DNA of 63,743 nucleotides, the filler included, from Licmophora abbreviata (taxonomy: Eukaryota), in assembly GCA_900291995.1 (NCBI GenBank). It is 12 parts of 12 records of this genome, joined end to end, with 100 filler letters (N's around TTAATTAATTAA, not from the genome) between each part and the next. Parts side by side here need not be neighbours in the genome. Positions count along the whole stretch, not along the records: positions 1 to 7,885 come from OLMU01006010.1; positions 7,986 to 20,632 come from OLMU01006012.1; 10 more parts are not named here. One strand, given 5' to 3'. Positions 1 through 10,988 of this stretch are shown here, piece after piece. Made by a program: the position numbers and the translations under genes. The notes below the pieces were generated by a model. The model had not been told where the DNA came from. It did not search any database and was given only the letters and a program-made list of their open reading frames with translations. Each line of letters opens with the position of its first letter. Within the stretch, counting starts at the first letter, position 1.

Positions 1-767
1 TGGATGGCAGGTGGCCCTCAACTCCTGAAAACTTTCGTCCCGATGCGGAAACTCTTGCTGGGAAGTCTCAAAAGCTGGCGTGTCGTTTATTGGATCTTCT
101 CGAGAGTCGAGCATGTCCCAACTTGAAACCTGGCACGCTATCATCTTCACACAAGTGAGTGTCATGTGTAGAGGACAAAGTGACAAACTTTGAGCCGTCA
201 CGTCGCAGCAACTCATTTCTTGTTTGTCTTTCGTTTACGAACTGTCCATCATTCTATTTCTCGATACACGAAAGTCTATGGGCCAAAGATGGGCAATGCA
301 CTCTTCGCATGCTCCATTACACGCCCATGACTGCCGAAACTGCCCAGAGCCTGACGACACCCGACGAGAACGGTCGGATCTCTTGGCGAGCGGGGGCGCA
401 CACGGATTGGGATTGCGTGACCCTGCTCTATCAGCGTGTGGGTCAAGCTGGTCTGGAATGTTGCTCGAATCCACGCGATGCCACGAAAGAGGGAGCCCGT
501 TGGACTCCTATCGATCCCGTCGCGGGAGGCATTGCGGTCAACATTGGAGATATGCTTGCTCGCTGGAGCAATGGTCGACTGTATTCCAATCTGCACCGCG
601 TACGCATGCCGACGCCGGAAGAATGTACTCCGCCATCGTCACGTTACAGTATAGCCTTCTTTGCTCAAGCAGACAAGTCGGCGTGGATCGAAACGGACGG
701 AGTGCACGAGCCCATTACGGCGGGTGACTATATTCTGTCTCGAATCCAGAGCAACTTTTCAAAATAG
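1..767 (+). CDS. 2-oxoglutarate/Fe(II)-dependent oxygenase (IPNS/DIOX-like), 5'-truncated; intron 155..274
   Basis: HxD motif (GAHTDWD), distal His (NLHRV) and RxS (RYS) are present. A GT..AG intron at 155..274 joins ...LSSSH-N-LWAKDGQCTLRMLHY in frame. Confidence 0.88.
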
Positions 768-1025
768 GCTCTCTCTGTATGTAAGGGTAAGGCATTTTCA
801 ACTTCGTAGGGCCATTCGCACTAGTTTTAATATTGAGAGTACTCGTAGTGCGTCTCGCTCTGAACCGTGTCATCCCCCAATGTGGCAATGGAGGCTATGA
901 GATACGCTCTCAATAGTGACCCGATCTCCTGCAAGCGTATACCGGTACCGTTAGACCACCGGGTACAGTAATTAGGTAGGTGGTCATCAGTCGGATCGCA
1001 CAGTCAATCGTCGCATAGGAGTGAG

Positions 1026-1057
1026 TGAGTCGAGTCGAGTCAGACTCACTCGACTCA
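1026..1057. promoter_or_regulatory. GAGTC-module near-palindrome upstream of the kinase; member of a dispersed intergenic motif family
   Basis: tgagtcgagtcgagtc-a-gactcactcgactca. Related modules at 7740, 18163, 36006, 48983, 49410 and 59016. The regulatory role is inferred only. Confidence 0.35.
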
Positions 1058-1320
1058 GTCGAGTTCAGTGAGCGAGTCGAAGGGATCGAAGGAAACTTCA
1101 ACATAGACGCAGACAGCGCGCGTCGACGAAGCCAGCCAGCCAGCACACCACGAATCGAATCAAACGAACACCCCACTTTCGGTACCATAGGTCCGGCGGT
1201 ATCCCACAACGCCAAGAATAAGTCGGAATCCGCCGACGGAGGTGCGCAGCACTGTCGTGACAGAAAACGGATAGCGTAAGCGTGCAATCGTTTACTAGTC
1301 ATTGAGAACAGGACTTCACC

Positions 1321-2475
1321 ATGGCTCAACGCGCCCTTCCAGGAGCTCCGTTCCCGCCGGAGCCTTTCCCTGACCCTGAGTTCGATCCGGCAGTTCGAAA
1401 CCCAGCCGGCTTTCGGATCTTGACCGACGAAAATCCAGCTCAAGAAACAGCTGACAAAACGATTCTTGTGATGCGCAGCGACGATCCTTCTAATCCCACG
1501 CACAAGGCGTATCGGTTACTTCGACCGAACGACCCGGGAAGGATAGTCTACCATCAGGGAGTGGAACGCGGCGTCCTTCATGACTGTCAAGTTTTGAAAC
1601 GCGTGAACGCGACGACCTTCCAAGAGACACCAAGGCTTGTCAAAATCAAGATTTTTTTCCGACGGGTCGTCGACCCGATGCTTCAAGAAGGCCACCCCGA
1701 GAACGCACATAATGAAATCTCCATCCTTCAGAACTACGGCGATGACGAGCATATCGTCGGGTGCATTGAGGCTCTCCGCGATAGACACTACCTATATCTC
1801 GTGATGCCTCTCCTCACAGGCGGAAGCTTGGATGGATGCATCCCGAGGGGCCAAGGATTCATCGCGATAGGCTACGATCCCCGTCAATTGATACTTCGCA
1901 TGGCGTCGAACCTTGCCTTCATTCATCATCTGCACATTGTCTTTCGTGACTTTTCGGTTGAACAGGTCTTGCTACAGAACAGTGAGAACAACTTCACCTG
2001 TGTCTTCACCGATTTCGCCATGGCCCTTCGACAGACCACAATTGAAGGACGGCCGCAGCAGATTGCTACTGATCAACCCCCGGCAGGCAAGTTGCCCTAC
2101 ATGCCTCCGGAAATTGCCTTGCAACTACCATTTGGACCAAGTGCGGACGTGTGGTGTCTAGGTGGTGCGGTTTTCAACTCCGCAACAGGACTACATCTTT
2201 ACGACACACCCGGTGATCAATCCTTTGAATACTTTGTCGTTCAGGGTGGACTCGCCACCGAGAATGACGCATTCAGTCTTCTTGTCGAAGAGACGCTCAT
2301 GGCGATCGAAGGCGGCGAGCAGCATCCGCTCGTCCTTCGAATCCAGGCGTTGCGTCGCTTGAAACCGTCCATTCGTGACTTGCTCGCCAAGATGATGAAA
2401 TTCGATCCCGACGAGCGAATGCGCATAGACGACATTGCTTCGCACCCATGGTTTCAAGAGCCACATCCATTTTAA
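1321..2475 (+). CDS. Ser/Thr protein kinase-like protein with degenerate catalytic motifs; single exon
   Basis: Kinase subdomains are recognisable: VKIK, NEISIL, YLYLVMP, FRDFSVEQ (for HRDxxxxN), DFAM, GKLPYMPPE, ADVWCLG, DPDER...HPWF. Confidence 0.85.
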   Translation: MAQRALPGAPFPPEPFPDPEFDPAVRNPAGFRILTDENPAQETADKTILVMRSDDPSNPTHKAYRLLRPNDPGRIVYHQGVERGVLHDCQVLKRVNATTFQETPRLVKIKIFFRRVVDPMLQEGHPENAHNEISILQNYGDDEHIVGCIEALRDRHYLYLVMPLLTGGSLDGCIPRGQGFIAIGYDPRQLILRMASNLAFIHHLHIVFRDFSVEQVLLQNSENNFTCVFTDFAMALRQTTIEGRPQQIATDQPPAGKLPYMPPEIALQLPFGPSADVWCLGGAVFNSATGLHLYDTPGDQSFEYFVVQGGLATENDAFSLLVEETLMAIEGGEQHPLVLRIQALRRLKPSIRDLLAKMMKFDPDERMRIDDIASHPWFQEPHPF

Positions 2476-2882
2476 TTGTGGGATGGCGGGTGAGTGGACG
2501 ACAAGGCGGGACGCAACGGGTTCCGGCACATGCTCAGTCGTGCGTGGGGCTCAAGGCTCATCCCACGCTGTAACGGGCTGATGCAGCCTCTCTATGTTTG
2601 GAGAGTGAAATGCAGAGGCTTCAAGAGTCAATGAATTTCATTTGCCTCCAAAGGAGTTTAAAAATCAAATAGAGATGTCATGTCAAAAGCTTGTCGGACT
2701 GTCGGTAAAGCCCACTCTAGAGAGTAATATCTATGGAGCGAGGTAAATTGCATTTCGTGATGGTGCAGTAGGATATGGTCTCTCTAGTACTTGTATCTAC
2801 CAGAACATGCATAGCACCTATTAGCCTCGATGAGAGCAAAAGACTTGGTCGCCCTCGTCAGTTCTCTCTCTATACGAATAAG

Positions 2883-5290
2883 TCAATTTCGACCCACGCG
2901 TCGTTTTCGGGTTGTTGGAGTGTCCCGTGGGGCCGCTCGTTTCCGGCCAGCAACTGCAGGGCTGGCATTCTTGCCGATTTTGTTTCGGGGGTTCGATCGT
3001 GCTTTCACCCCGTTAGCCTTTCGAGTCGTGGGGCATCGCGGTTGCTGTTTCGCGTTCGACGCCGACCTAGCACTAGATTGCGTTGTCGACTTGGAATGGC
3101 CGCGGTTGAGCCCATTGTCGCGATTTGGACGACTTTGTTCGGGGTCGGCCTTGGACGATGTTGACGAGGAGTCTTCTTCTGATTCCTCACCCGATTGGTC
3201 GTCCTCATCCTGCTCCGACGAGCTACTTGACGAGCTTTTGCGATTCCTCAAACGAAACTCATCTTGATCGTCCAGGGTTTTTGCCGCTTCGGTCTCTGAC
3301 ATGTCTCCAAACATGGAATCGTTAAGTCTGTGCGAGAAAAGGAGAGAATAAGATGAGGCGTTGCAAAAGGAAGTTCCCCAGATACGAGAAAGGATATGAC
3401 TTACTTCCGATAGTCCACTCGCATCCGTCGGCGCTTTCCCTTCACAATGTTGGATTCGTGTAAGGTCCCAATGTCAGGCCGCGAGGACGAGTCACCACTG
3501 GTGCTCGACGTGCTAACTGCACGCGAAGCAATGCGCCGCCTTGATCGGCGAGGCCGCTGGCCACTGGCTTCAGTGCTACTCTGCTCGTCACTTGAATCCT
3601 CCCCTGATGAAAGAGCGTTCAGCTCGGCACGCCCAATATTCAGCTCGACGCTCGACATATCCTGTAGCGTAGCTTGACTTGACGCGATACTACCATCATC
3701 GTCAGTGCAATCGCGATCGCGAGTCTGGAACTCGTCTAGGTCAAAGTCATCGTCCCCGGGCTCATCTTCCTCCTCATCGTCATCGCTGTCATGCCGCATG
3801 TGTGACGCACGCGACGCGTTGAATCCCAACAGCGACGATAGAAATGTGACAGTCTCTTCGTCCTCCTTACCAGCTTGCCACTTCATTGTCATATCATACT
3901 CGTGTTCTGCTTCCGGAAACACATCGGCAACATTATCCCAAGATACAATCGTATCATCGTCGTGCGCCTGTTTCTCCCAGTCGTCGCCATAAAACTCTGA
4001 CTGGACTGACGCAATGAGCTTGGTCAATGCTGTGCAAATAGGACAGAACCAATCTTCTTCCTCTTCGATCTGTTCGATGGATGGCACTGGAAAAAGACAC
4101 AAGCGATGAAAAGAGCGGAAACAGCCCGCTCCGTCGCACATTAAGAGATCGTTCTCGTCGGTCGCATCGCCCACGAGACAGTTGCAGCACTTCAAGTCGT
4201 CCAACGAAATCAAATCATCATCGTCGTCATCAGGAAGAGCTGCAGCTGCCTTTGTTGAGCGATTCTGTCCTCCCTTTGGCGCAGACGTTTTTCCGTTGCC
4301 GAGCGCCTTTTTGGCGTGGGGGCTCTTCGTCGTCTTCGTCGCACGACGCTGACTCAGCTGCTGGTTAATCACAACCACCTCCGGCGGAGCGTTCTTGCCT
4401 TGTGAATCTGAAGGCTTGGCCGCAGGGTGTGCCGATTCAGTCTCGAGCTGCCCGTGCAGTCGCGGAACGATCCGTCGCTCATGTTGCCGTCCGAAAGGAA
4501 ACCATTCGTTCTCTTCCTCAGGATTCTGTTCCACCCAGTCCTTCAACGTGATCCATTTCTTTTCATCCTGTCCCAATCGATATTGGTCCAATGAGTTCAA
4601 CAGCTGCTTGATTTTGAGTTTGCTGCTTGTCAGCTTTACCAGCGCATGCGACAGCTCTTGTGACTGCAGTGTAAGGTACTGCTGCGCCCGACGCGTCGAG
4701 GTATAAGCTTGCAGTGTCATCTGCGTCAATCGGACATTCGTAAGTTGCTGCGAGAGGGCCCTCTGAAGTCGCGAAAATTCTCGTTTCCACTCATGGGCTT
4801 TCATGCTATGCGTGTCAGCTTCCCACGCTGTCGACTGCGCGGTGATTCTCTGAAGTTTGCCACTCTTCACATTCTTCTCGGCGTCGCCTGGAACGAGACT
4901 GAGACCTGCCGGAGGAAACGGATACACGCCAGCTCGATGCTGCTTCGCGCTGTACTGCTTTGTGAGTTTCTTTTGATTTCGCTTTTTGAAGTATTCAGGC
5001 GACCGGCAAATCAGGCATTGCCAGCCAGAGTTGCGAGGCGGAGCAAGAATCGGAACGAAGTGACATCGTTGGTGATAGGGTCGTTCGCACTCGTGACACC
5101 ACACGAGAGTATTCTGCGCATCGTAGAGTTCTGCTGGAAGCAGGACATCTTGGTTATCGTCGTCGTTGTCGCTTCGAAAGAAAGCCTCTCTATCTGCGTA
5201 GTCCACCGCGCAATGACACACGCAGCACGCCAGGAGCTCCTCGTCCTCTTCTGCGCTGCCACTACGCTCGTCCGGGTCGTTTCCACTCAT
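2883..5290 (-). CDS. Double PHD-finger chromatin protein, PRH/HAT3.1-like; intron 3328..3404
   Basis: Two C4HC3 PHD fingers (CCVC...CHEC...HQRC...WQCLIC and CCNC...MCDGAGCFRSFHRLC...WFCPIC). Splicing creates RVDYRK-LNDSMFG. Start taken at ATG 5290; the ORF is open to 5386. Confidence 0.85.
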
Positions 5291-6150
5291 TCGAGTTGAC
5301 TCTTTGGGCACTTGAGTGTCCTCTGCAGTGATGGAATTGGACGACAATGAACGCAATGGAATGTGAGGACATTGAACATGCATCATTGGAGGTACCGCCT
5401 ACACTCGGGATTCGCCCAGACTCGTGACTCGTTCCAAATTTGGTTGGTCGCGCCGAACTCACCTGGCACAGCGGCATCGGACAAAGCAGCGCTTGATTTT
5501 CTCACGTCGCCGTTTCCCATTCTCTTCGTCACAGCAGTGATGCAACCGACTCAAAGGAAGCACAGGAGGTGTGCAGTGAAAGAGCGAGGACTCGACAAAG
5601 CTTTCTGACGACACCAAGAGGCCCACGCTGGTCGCCGCGACTGGAAACTTTTTGGCGTGAAGCTGGAGGTGGCTGTTGAAGCGTCTGATTTTCACTGGTG
5701 AGTTTGGCTGGCGCATTACGGTTCGTGATACACGTCACCCTACGTCACCAATGTGCCAGAAATCGCGCAGAGTCATCGAACTTCAAGGGTCATCCGCTAT
5801 CATTCACTCCCTACGCCTTCCACAGCTTAATCGTGAAAGTATCAAGGTCATTTACCGCTTCCACTCACTTTTTGGGCGACGACTCAAGGAATTATTGGCG
5901 TTTCAACTTCTCTCTTTTGGCAAGGAAGCCTGGAGTTTGCCGTCGCACAGGAGTGAGCGCCTCGCTGGTTTCGTTGGTGCATGCGCAATCGTCGGTGAGG
6001 CTGACGAGTGAACACGAACGCCGAAGCGTCGCGAACTGCTGAAGATCTGACGTGTGACTGTGTGTGGGGCTGGAACTCCTTCGGTATTCGATACCCCGCC
6101 AATTCTACAATCTTGGCTATATTCAATTTACATCAAGACCATTGTCAGCC

Positions 6151-6600
6151 ATGTCTGTAATGGTATCTAGCTCGCATGGCGACGAACTGAGCTCTTGTTT
6201 GCACACTAACAGTCACTCAGAACACGGTCGACGTCCCAGACTCAAACGAAGCTTTGTGACTCGTAGCGTCCGGCACTTGAGCCTGACTGATCGAGTCGCC
6301 AAGCGCAGCAGTCTGGATCTCTCCTCGTCCCACAACTCTTCTACAAACAGGAAGTTGAAAGGCTTTCCCAAGCCCTGCAGTGAGCGCATTCTGTTGACCG
6401 AAGACATGATCAACAGTGATAGTGATAGTAGCGACGGTGAACAGGAACCGGACAGTGACGACGAATTCGCCTCCTACAACGAGGATGACGGTAAAAAATT
6501 GTCTCCACGCATGGCATTCGCTACATTGAAGACAAGTGAATCGACCTTGGAGAAGTCGAATAAGTCGGAATATGGCACTGCCAAGAGAGTGCAAACGTAA
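6151..6600 (+). CDS. Hypothetical Ser-rich and acidic protein
   Basis: ATG in GCCATG context, about 150 aa, AATAAA just after the stop. No family recognised. Confidence 0.45.
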   Translation: MSVMVSSSHGDELSSCLHTNSHSEHGRRPRLKRSFVTRSVRHLSLTDRVAKRSSLDLSSSHNSSTNRKLKGFPKPCSERILLTEDMINSDSDSSDGEQEPDSDDEFASYNEDDGKKLSPRMAFATLKTSESTLEKSNKSEYGTAKRVQT

Positions 6601-6952
6601 GTAGTGAATAAAGTGAAGGTTGAAGAACACGCCGCGGTGGCAAGGCACACGTCCAGTTTAAGTATTCATCGAACGACAGGAAGAACCGATTGTCGGGTGG
6701 GCCTCATTGTCACTTCATAACTACCAGTAGTCAAGATAAAGCTCGTAACCAAAGTTTCATTTGACTCTGAGGGTGTCCGCCTGTCGATCGCTCTCCTGGT
6801 GTCAATGCTCGTCGAGGACTTCTGTTCGCGTATTGAAACAGCGGATTACTAACACTAAACACGTGTAAAGATCAGCTATATAGTAGTTATATCTCCTCCT
6901 TTCCCTTTCGTCTTCGCTTCGTCACATCCCTGAAAGACTCCCTGCACAATCA

Positions 6953-7390
6953 TTACATCATCTTGGAATACGCCTGGCCACCGTCCTTGTGCATCATGAT
7001 CATACGAAGCCTTGTCTTCGCAATGTCCTCGTCCAGCAATCGACGCTGAGCCTCTAGTACCCTGAGTTCATTCTGAAGCTCGAGGATGTTGTAGTATGCG
7101 TCGCTCTCTTCTGTCACTTTGTTGTGATGGTCTTCCCCCTCGCTCATATCGAAAATACTTTGTTGGCGAAGCTCCAGAGTGAGAAGCGCGTTTGTGTTCT
7201 CCCGGGAATCCATGGGATCGAATGGGTTTGTGTGGTTGGACGGATGCATGCGTTGCAACTCACGCTCAGGTGAATTAGGTACCACATTGCAGTATGAGTC
7301 TCTTGGAACACGCACCTCTTCCTCGGACGAAACGAATCGCACTCGTTTCGCAGGCGGAGGGTACGCGGGAATGGGCAGATCGTAATTCAT
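6953..7390 (-). CDS. Hypothetical protein with KRVRF (RVxF-like) motif and C-terminal coiled coil
   Basis: ORF with heptad-like LELQNELRVLEAQRRLLDEDIAK. No family recognised. Confidence 0.5.
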   Translation of the reverse strand: MNYDLPIPAYPPPAKRVRFVSSEEEVRVPRDSYCNVVPNSPERELQRMHPSNHTNPFDPMDSRENTNALLTLELRQQSIFDMSEGEDHHNKVTEESDAYYNILELQNELRVLEAQRRLLDEDIAKTRLRMIMMHKDGGQAYSKMM

Positions 7391-7780
7391 CGTGAGAGCA
7401 AGGTACAAGCAAGCAAAGGGCAGTGGCTAGTCAACTCCAGTAATGTGAACGAAAGTTGATGAAAAAGTGACGATCTCCTAGATTGTTGGCGAAGTATCGA
7501 ATTCGCTTAGGTACTACACCAGTGGACTAAGAATGCCTGTCGGCATATCTTTCAGGAAAGAGAGAGTCTCGGTCGCTATCGCAGGCAATATCATCCAATC
7601 ACGAGCGCGTGTCAGAGCATGAGTTCGCACTTTCTGTGCTTAAGCCGTCGGTCACTGCATTGGGATGCCTGGTGACTTTTACTTAGGCTCGTTACAAAGA
7701 TTTATTGTTGCAACAAAAGCCTCGAGGTCACTCCATTATGACTCGACTCAACTCACGATGGCTAGCAAAAGCGAAACGCA

Positions 7781-7860
7781 AAACCGTCGACAGTCTAACC
7801 GTCCCTCATCGAAACGCGAGAAACCGTCGACAGTCTGACCGTCCCTTATCGAAACGCGAG
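7781..7860. repeat. 40-bp tandem direct repeat, 2 copies with 2 mismatches
   Basis: aaaccgtcgacagtctaaccgtccctcatcgaaacgcgag followed by aaaccgtcgacagtctgaccgtcccttatcgaaacgcgag. A partial copy (cgaaacgc) precedes them. Confidence 0.9.
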
Positions 7861-7885
7861 GCCGACTTGCAAGGTCGAAAAGCGT

Positions 7886-7985
7886 NNNNNNNNNNNNNNN
7901 NNNNNNNNNNNNNNNNNNNNNNNNNNNNNTTAATTAATTAANNNNNNNNNNNNNNNNNNNNNNNNNNNNNNNNNNNNNNNNNNNN
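7886..7985. other. Artificial assembly linker N44-TTAATTAATTAA-N44. Others at 20633-20732, 28529-28628, 30686-30785, 33015-33114, 34808-34907, 36041-36140, 47237-47336, 57214-57313, 61417-61516 and 62525-62624
   Basis: Eleven identical 100-nt blocks; the 12-mer has stop codons in all six frames. Confidence 0.97.
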
Positions 7986-8886
7986 CGAGTCCGACCAAGT
8001 CAAAAGCAACCATGCCCTTGATCGCCTGGATGGCTTGAAAATGAACATCCGATGGCACAAAGAGTATGCCGATCCTTGCGTCCGGGTATGTCAAGGCAAA
8101 CGCAGTGATACCGGCGTACAGTGCACCCGAGGCACCCATGCCGGCTCCAAATGGGTAATTCAAGACCCGTTTCATTGCGATATCGAGGCATGATGCCCCA
8201 AACAACGAAAAGGTACCAGCGCTAACGTATGCAGCCCAGAATTGCTCACGGCTGCCGCAAAGTTCTACCAGAGGCTCAGCAAAACTCCACAGAACGGACA
8301 TGTTGAACAAGAGGTGGACCGGACCAGTGTGCGCGAAGCAGCTCAGCAATAATGGCAACGCACGGCCTGAGCCAGACCGATGGGCAAAGAGGTGGGAGAG
8401 CGTTGTGCGTGCCACCGGAGATTTGGGCATGGAGGCGACGGCAAAGGCACAAGAGACGCCCACGGTGGCGGCGATAATGGGACCCACACTTCTCATTCGA
8501 CCGTCGTTTGCATAGGCCTCGATCGACTCGGCAATCTCGGTTGAAAGATAACTTCGAAGGGTAGACGGGATACGCCAGTACTGGAAGTCATCCTCACGCC
8601 ATATGAGACCTGTCCTTTCGCTTATTCTCTCCAAGAGAGTCGTTCTGTGGCTCTTTTGGCCCATTCGCTGCTCACACTCCCAAATGCTAACTGCCCCGAA
8701 CGAGCCGAGGCAGACTACTCCAGTGAAAACGGCGGGACGAAGAAGGAGATTGCGGCTGCGTCGGGTACCGATGGATCTTGTTCTGCTTGAAAAATGTCGC
8801 TTCCTGCTGATAGTTCCACGCAAGGCCCGTAGCAACAACCCCGATACTCGGGGTTTGGGGAGGCGAGACATCGAAAGACGCAACAT
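7986..8886 (-). CDS. Rhomboid family intramembrane serine protease (PARL-like, probably mitochondrial), 3'-truncated by a gap
   Basis: HLLFNMSVLWSF (TM2 HxxxN) and catalytic GASG motif. Arg/Ser-rich N-terminal leader. Confidence 0.85.
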
Positions 8887-9262
8887 TCAGAATTTCGAAC
8901 CAACTTGGCTGAGTGTTTCTTGTCTAACTTTTGCTTTCTCGGGATTTCTTCCCCACTATTGAATGTTTGTAGACTGCGTGCTGTGTTGAAACTGGGATAT
9001 ACCACGTTTGCGGATTCGACGAGGGCAAGTTTTAGAAACAACAGGTTGCAACTGTCTCGCCGTCGTCGTCGTCGTCGATGTGTACGAGATACGATCCGGC
9101 GAGGGTTCGAGACAGCGCGCGATAAGCGCTTTTCTCAAAGCGCGCAGATCGCGAGAGTGCATCAGACCGAGCTTTCATTGCTTTTACCAACCGCAAGTAG
9201 CTATCATCGTGTGGGAATGGAGGTAAGTAGCTGTAACAGTACTACATTAGACACATGAAGAT

Positions 9263-10434
9263 TTAATCTCGAACAGGCGCATCTTGATTCCACTGCCCAT
9301 CGTGTCGTATCGTTCCATCCTTGCGAGTCTCAATTCCGTATCCTTGAGCTTTGCCTTCAAACCACTCGCCCTTGTAAGAACGACCCGAGGACCAGACACA
9401 TTCACCCAGTCCATGGTACTTTCCACGTTTCCATTCTCCAGTATAACAGTCGCCAGTGGCAAAGACATAAGTTCCCTCACCTGAAAAATTAGAGAGAACA
9501 GGTGTGTCAGCAAGGTCGATCGGAGAACGTTAACATGGCCAGAACGGAGTCATGTACAACACTGACCTTCTCGGTGTCCATTTCGAAAGAAACCTTTGTA
9601 CATGCTTCCATCGGGCCAGTTGTATTCACCAAGGCCTTCACGCTGATCGTTTGAGAATTCACCCTCATATCGCCGTCCATCGTTCCACTGATACACTCCG
9701 TATCCGTGACGCTGGTCCTTCTCGTATGCACCCTCATACTTGTCGCCGTTGGTGAACACAACGCGTCCCTGTCCATGCCAGTGACCGTCTCGCCAAGTCC
9801 CAGTGTATGTTCTACTATCATCATACACCATGATACCCGATCCATGTGGCTTGCCACGCATTAGAGTTCCCGAGAAAAGACCTTGATCTCCGTACGGGTC
9901 GGCAACTCGTCGATTCGATACTTCCATGACGGCCGGCGGAGCTAAAGCGGGCTGCACTTGCGACTCGTCAGTACTGGAATCCGCCGAAGCCAGCGAGGGG
10001 GCTGCCAACGACATCGAAGCCAGGGAGGGCTCTGGAAGCGACAGGGTTTCGGATGCTTGCGACGGTTGTCGAAAGCTTTCCGAAGACCCAGAGGACAACC
10101 CACTGCTCGCTCCACCAGGACTCTCGTGCTTCTTGGGGCTGGGCAGGTAGGTGATCTCTCTTTGATCAGACGAGGCGTTTCTTGTTGGACTCTGCTCAAT
10201 GTGACTGGTTCGGAGCTCAGCTACTTGCTGTCGGATGGACTGAAAGTTCCCTTCCGAACCCCGCACTAGATTCTGCAGTTGCCGCTCCACGCGTGCTCGC
10301 ATCTCGTCCAATTTCAGTTCCCGCTGTACAATGCTGCTGTCGTCACCATCGATCGGTGCTTGTGCAGAGTCCATGAAGAGACGATTGTTGTGCAGGGACG
10401 AAGAGGAGGAGGATTCGCCGTGGGGTGTACTCAT
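9263..10434 (-). CDS. MORN-repeat protein; intron 9481..9566
   Basis: Repeated YxGxWxxGxxHGxG units continue in frame across the intron (GHREG-EGTYVFATGDCYTGEWKRGKYHG) to TAA at 9263. Confidence 0.88.
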
Positions 10435-10988
10435 CGCGAGAAGGAAAATTCCTTGCTGTTGGGGTGGTGTGTGTATCGTCGTCGACTCTGTCCGTCGAAC
10501 TCGTATCTGTCTTGCTCTGGGGCTCTTTTCTGACAGTCTCTACTCGACAATGAAACCCCTCTCTCGAATGCTCTTCCAAGACACGCTCGTTTGATCTCTT
10601 TCTTTGGCACAGACCCGCGACACGACTTGGGCTTTTTTCATCAATGCTTTCCGCGATTTTTTGTCGTCGCATAAATCCTCTTTGGGCCTGTCATGATATC
10701 ATACACGGTTTAGTGGCTTTTGGATGACTTCCAAACAACACACCCGGATGTACCACTGTTTTGTCATGACAAAAAGAACTAATTTGTTTCCCGCGCGATT
10801 TGAGTTTCAAGTTGGGTCTCGTTCGTTTCGGATCACGACCCTAAACCCGTGACTGTCAACAGACGACAACTACATGCTCGACACTCGATCGCTCGATCTC
10901 CACCTCTAAAATCGCGGTATTGGAGAGATCCGTCTCGGCTCTGCTGACAGGAAGCGACTGAAAAAATTCTTGAAAGACGGCGCCAAAA

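Noticed and set aside
7781..7860. CRISPR-like reading of the 40-bp, 32-bp and 93-bp repeats
   Set aside because: Copies are essentially contiguous without unique spacers, there are no cas genes, and the context is eukaryotic. The 93-bp repeat is coding.
7930..7941. TTAATTAATTAA repeated 11 times, as a biological repeat or piggyBac TTAA site
   Set aside because: Always centred in identical N runs and has stops in all six frames, so it is an assembly linker. ORF ends such as XXXLIN are artefacts.
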